This document shows positions 41,769 through 50,049 of a DNA stretch of 64,000 nucleotides, in pieces. A program made the position numbers and the translations under genes. Below the pieces are notes generated by a model. It saw only the letters and a list, made by a program, of their open reading frames with translations. It had not been told where the DNA came from and searched no databases. The stretch's first letter is position 1; every line of letters starts with the position of its first letter. Location of the stretch: NCBI GenBank assembly GCA_017522225.1, contig JAFWZR010000020.1, forward strand, positions 15,805 through 79,804. The letters run 5' to 3'. The DNA comes from Clostridia bacterium (GTDB lineage: Bacteria; Bacillota; Clostridia; Oscillospirales; Acutalibacteraceae).

Positions 41769-43085
41769 TTATGCCTCCCTGATTATGTATTTATAAAAAT
41801 CAACTGCAGGTGCCAGTGTATCAACATTGACACATTCGTTGAGTCCGTGTATGCTTTCGACCTGCTCGTCAGACATAAAAAACGGTGCAAAACGAATACA
41901 GTTATCGCACACACGGCACATATATCTGCAATCCGAAGCGCCCGTCATTATCCACGGTGCGGTACGCACATTGTCGAAGCATTCATCGACTGCCTTTTCG
42001 ATAAGTCGGAACTGCTCGGATTTATAATCCGTTACGGAAGAGTCCATTCCCGGGTCGAGCACAACCGTTTCAATGTCAAATTTCTTTGCAAGCCCGGTTA
42101 TTTCTGCGATGCTTGATTTTCCGCCCTGATGCGGTGAAAAACGCATATTGCCGATAACCCACGCCTCCTGCGGAAGCACGTTTGTACCCTCCGAGCCTGA
42201 TGCCATTGTAAACGCAACCGTTGTTTTCAGCATAGCGTTACCGGGTGCTGAAACTGACGGCATAACCTTTTTGAGAATCGGCTCAAACATTTTGGAATTT
42301 GCAAGGATGAACTTAAGTCCGCCATTCATTGTCTGTGCCACACTTGAGAATGTTTTTTCCACCGTGGGAGAAATCTCTGATCTGAAAAGCTTACCCTTTT
42401 CAACCTCTGCCATAAACTTGCCGAGGCGTACAAGCGGAGTGTTTCTTCCGGGAGTGGATGCGTGTCCGCCCGATGAACGTGCAATAAACTTAAGGTCGGC
42501 ACAGCCCTTTTCACCGACTCCGATCATAGCATATCGGCCCTTTGCTCCGCCGATAGGCTCCTCAAGAATCATTCCGCCCTCGTCAAGCACCATATAAAAA
42601 CGGATTCCTCGGTTTTTAAGCTCGTTAGAAATCATATCCGCACCTGAGCCGTCGCATTCCTCGGTACAGGCGGATTCAAAATAAACATCACGCTCGGGAA
42701 CAAATCCGTCAGACACAAGCTCATCCGCAGCCTGAAGCATTGCCCACAGACCACCCTTAGTATCGAGCGTTCCGCGTCCCCATACCTTGCCTTCGGCAAC
42801 GGTACCCGAAAACGCAGGATATTTCCACTCACCTGTTGCCTCAACAACGTCGTGATGATTCATAAGTAAAATCGGATCACCCTTACCTTTGCCCTGCCAA
42901 CGCATAAGAAAGCTGCCGTCAAAGTCCTCAAATGTACAGACATCAAAAAGATGAGGAAACATCTCACGGAGCAAATCGTGAAAACGGTAGAACTTTGTTC
43001 TGTCCGTCTGATTAAATGTTGAAATTGTCTCTGCCTGAATCAGCATTGACAGCCTCTCGGCGTAAGCTTCGTTTCTTGACATCAA
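41769..43085 (-). CDS. M20 family metallopeptidase
   Basis: 438 aa. Contains NHHDVV, GRGTLDTKG and a dimerisation-domain pattern. Confidence 0.8.
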   Translation of the reverse strand: MMSRNEAYAERLSMLIQAETISTFNQTDRTKFYRFHDLLREMFPHLFDVCTFEDFDGSFLMRWQGKGKGDPILLMNHHDVVEATGEWKYPAFSGTVAEGKVWGRGTLDTKGGLWAMLQAADELVSDGFVPERDVYFESACTEECDGSGADMISNELKNRGIRFYMVLDEGGMILEEPIGGAKGRYAMIGVGEKGCADLKFIARSSGGHASTPGRNTPLVRLGKFMAEVEKGKLFRSEISPTVEKTFSSVAQTMNGGLKFILANSKMFEPILKKVMPSVSAPGNAMLKTTVAFTMASGSEGTNVLPQEAWVIGNMRFSPHQGGKSSIAEITGLAKKFDIETVVLDPGMDSSVTDYKSEQFRLIEKAVDECFDNVRTAPWIMTGASDCRYMCRVCDNCIRFAPFFMSDEQVESIHGLNECVNVDTLAPAVDFYKYIIREA

Positions 43086-43149
43086 ACCCCACCTTTTGCA
43101 AATAATACCGAGTCATTATACCATAACTGATACACAATGTGAAGAGTTA

Positions 43150-43183
43150 TATCAAAAAAGAAAATCCCGAATGTCATTCGGGA
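43150..43183 (-). terminator. Rho-independent terminator closing the hairpin island
   Basis: The minus strand reads TCCCGAA-tgaca-TTCGGGA followed by TTTTCTTTTTT. Confidence 0.7.
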
Positions 43184-43254
43184 CTTGTCAGATTCATTTG
43201 TTTTTCTGTTTTTAGTTTTTTGTAAAGAAACACTGTCGCAAAGACATCCGCTCG

Positions 43255-43445
43255 GAGTAACAGAAACCTCCATCTGACGAGGGCGTGGGTGTCCGGCGGA
43301 CACCTCTGCGAAGCAGAAATGTCTACCGAGGCGGTAGCCGAAACGGTGGATTTTGCGGAGCAAAAGACGGAGGGAGAGATAGTAAAAATCTTGACTACCC
43401 CTCAGTCTTGCCTTCGGCAATCCAGCTCCCCTGACAAGGGGCGTT
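43255..43445. repeat. GC-rich, hairpin-dense non-coding island (REP-like elements or structured RNA)
   Basis: At least six short perfect stem-loops lie in a row: GGTGTCC-ggc-GGACACC, TCTGC-gaa-GCAGA, CTACCG-agg-CGGTAG, CCG-aaa-CGG, TTGCC-ttc-GGCAA and CCCCT-gaca-AGGGG. The local GC content is visibly above that of the flanks. Confidence 0.55.
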
Positions 43446-43489
43446 TCCTCTCAATCCGAGTTAAAAAATGCCCTATAAATTAAAATTTG

Positions 43490-43523
43490 CAACAAAAAGC
43501 ACACCCTTTTCAGAGTGTGCTTT
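43490..43523 (-). terminator. Terminator after the CPA2 antiporter gene
   Basis: The minus strand reads AAAGCACAC-loop-GTGTGCTTT followed by TTGTT. Confidence 0.6.
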
Positions 43524-43527
43524 AAGA

Positions 43528-44826
43528 TTATTTCTTCATATTCTTTCTGAGCTCAGGCTCGATAACATCGGGAGTTCTTGCACTGACTGCACCATCAGGC
43601 TTGATTTCTCCTGCCTTGGTGAGTGCAACCTTTGTAAGGAACGGTCCGACAAGCTCGTAAATGAGAACAGAGAACAGGATAATATTTGTTACAATAACAC
43701 CATCTTCACCGAGAGTCTCTGCCTTAAGCGCCATACCGAGCGCAACACCTGCCTGCGGCAAAAGTGTTATGCCGAGGTACTTTACGATATGGTCATCACA
43801 CTTGACAGACTTGGCGCTGATTCTTGCACCGAAATATTTGCCCAGAGAACGGAAAGCAATGTATGCCGCACCGATGCAAACAACAATAAGGTCACGGAAA
43901 GTAGAAAGCTCAAGCTCTGCACCGCTGATAACGAAGAAAAGAATAAACAGAGGCGCTGTCCAACGGTCAATTCTGTCCATAAGTTCCTCAGAGAAGTCAC
44001 ACATATTGCAGAACACCGTGCCGAGCATCATACATACAAGAAGTGATGAAAATGCGATATGAACACCGCCAATATCAAATTCAAGCATTGAGAGGGCAAC
44101 CGTAAAGAAAACGAAGGTTACGGACATTGCAAGTCGCTTTGAGCGTGAGTGGAAAAACTTTTCAAAGAAATTGAAGAGCGCACCCATAACAAAGCCGAGT
44201 GCAAGTGAAAGCACCACCTCAAGAATCGGCTCAAGCACAACTGAAATAACATCGACCTGACCGTGAATGAGTGCCTTTGCCACTCCGAAGGAAACCGCAA
44301 AAAGGATAAGACCCACAGCATCGTCCAGGGCAACAATCGGCAGAAGGATATCCGTAAGAGGTCCCTTTGCCTTATACTGCTTGACAACCATAAGTGTTGC
44401 GGCAGGCGCTGTAGCCGAAGCAACTGCACCAAGCACAATTGCAGAAGGAAGCGAAAGCTTGTCGGGAATAAGGAAATGAAGACCGATAAGTGCCGCATCA
44501 ACTAAAAGCGTTGTGAATACCGCCTGAAAAACACCTATAACCGTTGCCTGCTTACCCGTAGCCTTCAGCTGAGCAAGGCGGAACTCGTTGCCGATTGAAA
44601 AAGCAATGAAGCCGAGTGCAACATCGGGAATAATCTCATAAGTTTTGATATCTTCCATACTTACAAAGCCGAGTCCCGGGATATTCAATGCGCCGAGAAC
44701 ATACGGTCCTACAAGAATGCCTGCTACAAGATACGCTGTAACAGCAGGAAGCTTAACTAACTTTGCCAGACGCGAAAGCATAAGTCCGGCAAAAAGGCAA
44801 ACCGATAAACTCAATAAAGCCTGCAT
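43528..44826 (-). CDS. Cation:proton antiporter (CPA2/Na+-H+ exchanger family)
   Basis: 432 aa from the ATG at 44826 (AAGGAG RBS). 12-13 TM with an N-terminus typical of KefB/NapA-like exchangers. No KTN domain. Confidence 0.8.
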   Translation of the reverse strand: MQALLSLSVCLFAGLMLSRLAKLVKLPAVTAYLVAGILVGPYVLGALNIPGLGFVSMEDIKTYEIIPDVALGFIAFSIGNEFRLAQLKATGKQATVIGVFQAVFTTLLVDAALIGLHFLIPDKLSLPSAIVLGAVASATAPAATLMVVKQYKAKGPLTDILLPIVALDDAVGLILFAVSFGVAKALIHGQVDVISVVLEPILEVVLSLALGFVMGALFNFFEKFFHSRSKRLAMSVTFVFFTVALSMLEFDIGGVHIAFSSLLVCMMLGTVFCNMCDFSEELMDRIDRWTAPLFILFFVISGAELELSTFRDLIVVCIGAAYIAFRSLGKYFGARISAKSVKCDDHIVKYLGITLLPQAGVALGMALKAETLGEDGVIVTNIILFSVLIYELVGPFLTKVALTKAGEIKPDGAVSARTPDVIEPELRKNMKK

Positions 44827-44943
44827 AAAAAATACATCTCCTTTGCGGCAGTAAGTATAGCACAAAGGAGACGTTTTGTCATTGGGTAAATTGTATAAGA
44901 GTAAGAATTATTTTTATATTTTTTCGGTAAATAGTAAAACTTT

Positions 44944-47151
44944 TTATGAAAGTTTTTGAAGCTCGTTCACGCCCTGCGAAAGCTCTGTTTCCTCACCTGC
45001 AAAGCAGAACTTAGCTTTGATTCCTTCAGGAACCGTTATACGGAAATTTACCGTTCCGTGCTGATTTTCATAACTCACTGCAACAATGCCGTTCGGAGTT
45101 GTTATGCTTCCGCTCATCTTACCGAAACGGTTAACACACTGCGGTGCAATAACAACAGATGAATAACCCACCGTGTTTTCTGCCTGTCTGATTCCGAGCA
45201 GATATTCAAAGATATACGCAACCGTCGAACCGAACATCGGGTGGCTGTGTGAACGGCTGCGGTTACTGTCCCAGTATTCGTGGAAAGTTGTTGCACCGTT
45301 TCTTCTCCAATGCTCGTATCCCTGTTCACCGTCATTGGTCATAAGGTCAACCGCAAGGTCGCTGTCCGAATTCTCAAACAGCACTCTTGTGACAATGTCC
45401 GTTGCAAAAATACCTGTATCGTAGTAGCCGAGCTTTTTATAATAGCTTACCATATTTTCGTAAGTTTTCTCGTTACCAAGACCGATATCCAATGCAAAGG
45501 AATTGGCACCCTGCACATTCATTACAAAGTTATCATCAAAGGTGTTGAAATACGCCGCCGTGATAACTCCCTTGCGGTAGTTTATTTTCTCTTCATATTC
45601 GGGTATATCTTCATCTCTTCCTATAATCGAGGCAATTTCGCACATCTGCTTCAGGGATTTCACCATAAAGTATGTGTTTACCATCGGTGCAGGAAGAATA
45701 ACCTGCTGGTTGTGGGACGTTATGTCTCTGTCGGGATAAAGGATGTTGGGTCCGCACCAGTCACCGAGACACCACTCGCCTTTTTTGTCACTTGTGACAA
45801 CACCGTATTCCGTATGCGCCTCAAGATAGTCGATGTAACGGCGCATATTGCTGTAATACTTTTCAAGAATTGACTTGTCACCGTAATGACGGTAAAGCTG
45901 ATAAGGCACCTCAACAATTGCACAACCCCAACCGCCCGGACCGCCGCCGCTGCGTAAATACGGTGCGGTGTATTGGATATGACCGCTGAGCACGTCCTGG
46001 CCGTCAGCAATATCCTGCATCCATTTTTCATACAGTGCCCTTGCATCAAAAATTGTCAGCACGGCATTACAGGTAACCTGACCATCGCCCGTATAGCCTC
46101 GTCTTTCAAGATGAGGGCAGTCCGACGGATGACCCGTATGCATATTGCAGAGCATTGTATGTATAAATGTTTTATAAATCCAGTTAAGCGTTTCGTTGTC
46201 ACACTCAAATGTTGATGAAACAGGCACATCGGCATAGATTTCCTTGACACACTCAGGTACGGCATTGCCGATAACCTCAAAGTATCTGAAACCGAACCAG
46301 GTAAATTCAGGCTGCACATACCTTTCTTTACCGTCAGCTGTAATGCTGAACTGCTGACCGTGAATATGTGTCGGGTCAAGACTTCCGTCAGGCTGACACT
46401 CCTCTGAAAAATTAACAATTATTTTCTCGTCCTTATTCCCCGTAATTTTCAGAAGCGGATAACCTGTTGTGTTTTCACCGCAATCGTATACAACCGATGA
46501 CGGAGTTTCCCTGATCTTCTTAACAGGAATCTCCCTGATAAGCTTATCCCACGGGCAGTCCGTTGAGCAATATTCAGTTTCAAGTGCCTCAGTCACCACT
46601 GCATTCGCCCATGCAGAGTCGTCAAAGTCAGTGCTAAAGCAATCACCTTGATTCCGGAAATCGTGATGCTCCTCCCAAGTGAAGTTGTACTGACAGACCG
46701 TACTGTCACCGATGCGGCAGTTTTCATCGGATATGAAGTGTTCAATACCCTCTCCGCTTTCTGCCGTGATGCAATAAATTACTTTCGGCAAGCCGAAAAC
46801 TCTCTCCCTGTATGTGTACCATCCGCCGCCGTAATGAACGGCAATGGTATTCCTGCCCTTTCTGACAAAAGGAGTGATGTCAAATTCGGGCACATACACT
46901 CTGTGAGCAGAAATCACCTCATCAATCGGGTCACACGTTGCCTCGAAATCTGATGACAGCGGAAGAAACGTGTCGGGATTGATACAGCTGCCGTTGATAT
47001 AGCATTTGAAAAATCCGAGTCCGAGAATGTTCAGTGAAGCTGATTTGACAGTATCAAGCTCAAAGCTTCCTCTAAGTACGGCAAAGCTTTTATCCGTACG
47101 GGTTTCTGCTCCTACCCATTTTGCATTGTGAAAGAAATATTCCTGTTGCAT
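44944..47151 (-). CDS. Alpha-L-rhamnosidase-like glycoside hydrolase (GH78-like)
   Basis: 735 aa. SDCPHLERRGYTGDG resembles the GH78 DCPQRDERLGWTGD block, and an (alpha/alpha)6-type C-terminal half follows. Confidence 0.65.
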   Translation of the reverse strand: MQQEYFFHNAKWVGAETRTDKSFAVLRGSFELDTVKSASLNILGLGFFKCYINGSCINPDTFLPLSSDFEATCDPIDEVISAHRVYVPEFDITPFVRKGRNTIAVHYGGGWYTYRERVFGLPKVIYCITAESGEGIEHFISDENCRIGDSTVCQYNFTWEEHHDFRNQGDCFSTDFDDSAWANAVVTEALETEYCSTDCPWDKLIREIPVKKIRETPSSVVYDCGENTTGYPLLKITGNKDEKIIVNFSEECQPDGSLDPTHIHGQQFSITADGKERYVQPEFTWFGFRYFEVIGNAVPECVKEIYADVPVSSTFECDNETLNWIYKTFIHTMLCNMHTGHPSDCPHLERRGYTGDGQVTCNAVLTIFDARALYEKWMQDIADGQDVLSGHIQYTAPYLRSGGGPGGWGCAIVEVPYQLYRHYGDKSILEKYYSNMRRYIDYLEAHTEYGVVTSDKKGEWCLGDWCGPNILYPDRDITSHNQQVILPAPMVNTYFMVKSLKQMCEIASIIGRDEDIPEYEEKINYRKGVITAAYFNTFDDNFVMNVQGANSFALDIGLGNEKTYENMVSYYKKLGYYDTGIFATDIVTRVLFENSDSDLAVDLMTNDGEQGYEHWRRNGATTFHEYWDSNRSRSHSHPMFGSTVAYIFEYLLGIRQAENTVGYSSVVIAPQCVNRFGKMSGSITTPNGIVAVSYENQHGTVNFRITVPEGIKAKFCFAGEETELSQGVNELQKLS

Positions 47152-47206
47152 TTACACTCACCTCTGAGGCAAGTATAACACAGCCGACAGCTTTGTACAA
47201 TAAGTT

Positions 47207-47608
47207 TTACTCATACAGCTCAAGTAACCTGAACGCTACCACCTCCCCTCTGCGTTTCGGGTCCGGACTTTCCTCGCAAACCGCGTAACGCAGCATAAGT
47301 CTTACACGAACCGTCCCGGTGATTTTGCTTGTTCCGAATCTTTCTACAAACTCCGTCAAACGGTTAGTATCCATAAAAATCATAACAGACTCACGCTTCT
47401 CAGGCACACCGTCAAAAACAATCCTGCCCAACACACGCACCGTATCTCCCGGCTTTGACAGAAGCAGGTCTGTGTCGCGTATCGGCACTCTGCGAAGCGA
47501 GTTGTCGTTAAACTCTATCGTAGCATTAAACTCTTCCCCGTTGTGATCAGCGGGCATCAATCTCATATCTGTGAATTCTTTGTATGTTATCTGCGTTTTC
47601 ATCATCAA
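47207..47608 (-). CDS. Hypothetical protein (133 aa)
   Basis: No recognisable motif. The start abuts the stop of the upstream membrane protein gene with a 0-nt gap. Confidence 0.5.
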   Translation of the reverse strand: MMMKTQITYKEFTDMRLMPADHNGEEFNATIEFNDNSLRRVPIRDTDLLLSKPGDTVRVLGRIVFDGVPEKRESVMIFMDTNRLTEFVERFGTSKITGTVRVRLMLRYAVCEESPDPKRRGEVVAFRLLELYE

Positions 47609-48682
47609 TCACCTCTCAGGTAAGTCACCGTATAACAAAAATTCATCAATATAGCAAAAATACTCTTCTGCTATAAATTCTGCGTATGAACGTGCCGAGG
47701 ACTCAACCGTCTGATTGTAGTACAGTTCAAAGTCTTCGTTGCCGCTGACATAATTTGAAAAATCCTTCTTATATTCAAGTGCCTTATCAAACATAGGCAT
47801 CCTTTTATACTCATCATCCAGCTGATCATATAATGTAACACACATACGCTGATACACATGCATACTCTCGTGCAAAACGGTGCGCAGCACATCGTCAGGA
47901 GGTGAGCTTTTCAAATGTTCAATATCTATTGAAATTCTGTAATCAGGAGCATAATACATACCGGCAATACCATCTTCAAGGTCACTTGCCACAAGATAAA
48001 CTTCGTGGCTTATGCCGAATTTTCTCATTTCAATGTTCTTGACTATTCCCAGAACATTTATTTTTTCAGAAACACTCAGACTGTTCCACGAAGCTTCATC
48101 CAGCAATACCAGGGATTCAATATGATTTTCTATCGTCCACTCAGCGTATCGGGAATCTGAAATATCCGTGTCTGCTTCAGCTCTGACAAGACCGTTGCCG
48201 AACATCACGTTTGAGCAAACACCTGCCGTAAGCAGCATTACAAGAGATACCGCAATTGTCCTTGTACCGAGTAAGCCATACTTTATGCGGTTTTTCATTA
48301 TAGGTCGGATATACTTTCTGTTCTCTATCTTTCTGGTCATTACCATTATAAAATAGCCGACCGAGATTACTGCTGCCACTATAAGAAAAACATTATAAAC
48401 CTCGTACTTATATCGGTATGTTGATAAGAGCGTGTAGACTTCAAAAGGTAAAGAAATATTAACAAACAAGCTGAGATAGTTTCTTCTCTTTTTTAAGTTA
48501 ACAAGGGTACCAAGAGAGGTAAGCACAAACAGCATTACCCAATAAACTATCTTAGACTCGGTAATGCTTATACCGTGAATAGCCGTAAAGCAGCCTACAC
48601 GGTATAAAAATCCGGTCAAAACGGTGAAAATAAGTGTATATAACATAAAATTCATCTTGCTGAGTGTGTTTTTGTTTTTCAT
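47609..48682 (-). CDS. Polytopic membrane protein with a C-terminal HExxH metallopeptidase-like domain
   Basis: 357 aa. About 5 TM segments in the first 155 aa are followed by a soluble domain. The block GIAGMYYAPDYRISIDIEHLKSSPPDDVLRTVLHESMHVYQ is arranged like the minimal SprT/DUF45-type Zn proteases. Confidence 0.55.
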   Translation of the reverse strand: MKNKNTLSKMNFMLYTLIFTVLTGFLYRVGCFTAIHGISITESKIVYWVMLFVLTSLGTLVNLKKRRNYLSLFVNISLPFEVYTLLSTYRYKYEVYNVFLIVAAVISVGYFIMVMTRKIENRKYIRPIMKNRIKYGLLGTRTIAVSLVMLLTAGVCSNVMFGNGLVRAEADTDISDSRYAEWTIENHIESLVLLDEASWNSLSVSEKINVLGIVKNIEMRKFGISHEVYLVASDLEDGIAGMYYAPDYRISIDIEHLKSSPPDDVLRTVLHESMHVYQRMCVTLYDQLDDEYKRMPMFDKALEYKKDFSNYVSGNEDFELYYNQTVESSARSYAEFIAEEYFCYIDEFLLYGDLPER

Positions 48683-48728
48683 AACATCCTCTCCTTTTTA
48701 GTGTTTTTATCGATAATTACGGCTATGC

Positions 48729-48753
48729 CGCAGTCTCATAAGCTGAGACTGCG
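48729..48753 (-). other. Intercistronic 10-bp hairpin
   Basis: CGCAGTCTCA-taagc-TGAGACTGCG lies just after the stop of the 264-aa gene and has no U-tract. Confidence 0.45.
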
Positions 48754-48767
48754 ACAATGAGCTCCAA

Positions 48768-49562
48768 TCAGTTTTCATCCTCTTCGGAATCAGCGCTGAC
48801 AATGCTTTCGAAATCATTCTTCTCGGGCAATGCACTCTCGTCACCGCCGTGGTGCTTTCTTCTCGGAAGGAATCTGTTGCGGCGGGGCTTTTTCTCTTTC
48901 GATTCATCCTCATCGGATTCATTCTCGGCTTTACCGAAAATTTTATCGAATTCAGCAGCAATCTCTTCCTCAAGCTCCTTCTCAAGCCCTTCCTCAAGCT
49001 CCTTTTTGATCTTTTCATTAAGATCATCGTCCTCGTCGTGATCGTCATTAAGAAGCTTATCTCTGAGCGCATTGAAGATTTTCTTCATATGCTCGTCATA
49101 CACTTTTTCGACATCTGCTTCCTCGGGAGTAATAAGTCTGAGGCCTGCAAGCTTATCAAGCACCTTTTCAAACGCATCAAGAATCTTGATGCACTCCATT
49201 TCCATAACATGGAACGAATATGTGCTGACAGGTCCGTCGTCAAAACGCTGTTCAGCCTTGATGTAAAGTGTGCCGTTCTCTTCAATATGAATCGCGCAGC
49301 TCTTGAAGCTCTCGTTGATTTTTAAGACATAATCACCTACAAGCGAGCGTGATTCCGGTGTGCAATGAATTCCGGGGGCAATCTCCATCATAACAAGCTG
49401 AGCCAGACCATCAATTCTCGTGTTCACATAGTATGTTCTGTCCTCCACACTGATAAAGGCAATGAAACCGTTACCGCTGAATTTTTCAGCTACAGCTTCA
49501 TCAGACATTTTTGCGTAATGCGCTCTTGCATTCTCGACAGTCTCAGAAAAGTATTTTGACAT
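48768..49562 (-). CDS. Hypothetical protein: chaperone-like (YbjN/T3SS-chaperone-like?) N-domain plus a highly charged acidic tail
   Basis: 264 aa from the ATG at 49562 (AAGGAG RBS 9 nt upstream). The C-terminal 100 aa are low-complexity D/E/K-rich. The fold assignment is a guess from the sequence pattern. Confidence 0.5.
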   Translation of the reverse strand: MSKYFSETVENARAHYAKMSDEAVAEKFSGNGFIAFISVEDRTYYVNTRIDGLAQLVMMEIAPGIHCTPESRSLVGDYVLKINESFKSCAIHIEENGTLYIKAEQRFDDGPVSTYSFHVMEMECIKILDAFEKVLDKLAGLRLITPEEADVEKVYDEHMKKIFNALRDKLLNDDHDEDDDLNEKIKKELEEGLEKELEEEIAAEFDKIFGKAENESDEDESKEKKPRRNRFLPRRKHHGGDESALPEKNDFESIVSADSEEDEN

Positions 49563-49820
49563 ATACAACATCTCCTTTTTTATTTGATACCTTAGTTAAC
49601 CATACGAATTTAATCAGTTTCTAACAAAAACTTCTAAAAAAGGTATATTTTTTCAGTCTGAAAATAATAATTAACTAATATTTTGCTGAAAAACCTATTT
49701 TTTCCTTTATTAGCTTTATTTTCGGAATAAAAACATCATTTTTCATCACCCTCTTTCTTTTGTGTCTAAATTGTACACCATATAAAGCTGTCGAAATAAA
49801 AGTGGGACAAAAACTATGCA

Positions 49821-49856
49821 AAAAAAATCACACCTTATCCGAAGATAAGGTGTTTT
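49821..49856. terminator. Orphan hairpin terminator inside a divergent intergenic region
   Basis: CACCTTATC-cgaa-GATAAGGTG with AAAAAAAA on the left and TTTT on the right. It is stronger on the minus strand. Confidence 0.55.
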
Positions 49857-49932
49857 CGCTTGTGTTATAAGCTTATAATAAACCGATCAACATCTCAAAA
49901 CTGCAGCTTGCGGGCGGTTCTGTTTTTTGAGT

Positions 49933-49961
49933 TTGTGCAACTGTGCAAATTGTGATACAAT
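49933..49961 (+). promoter_or_regulatory. Promoter for the phosphodiesterase gene
   Basis: TTGTGC-17 nt-TACAAT. The spacer contains the direct repeat TGTGCAA-c-TGTGCAA. Confidence 0.45.
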
Positions 49962-50049
49962 AAAAAATAATCTTACATAAAACAATATAGCTTAAGGATA
50001 TAACCGTATACCGCTTCAGACATAACGAAAAAACACAGGAGGACTGATT

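Noticed and set aside
43186-43480. Possibility that the hairpin island is a known RNA (SRP RNA, RNase P, tmRNA, T-box, or a glycine or cobalamin riboswitch) controlling the M20/YfcC operon.
   Set aside because: I could not find the diagnostic conserved elements of any of these by eye. That includes the SRP GGAA-tetraloop helix 8 motif, GAGGAAAGTCC, the T-box 14-mer, the tandem GGAGAG...ACCGAAGGGGCAA aptamer core and the B12 box. Part of the region also recurs at 31.8 kb, which argues for a repeat. A covariance-model scan is needed to be sure.
43082-43483. Track ORFs of 112 aa (minus, 43082-43420) and 64 aa (plus, 43289-43483) in the antiporter/peptidase gap.
   Set aside because: Both read straight through consecutive perfect palindromes, lack RBSs and overlap a terminator. 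The region is better explained as structured non-coding DNA or RNA.
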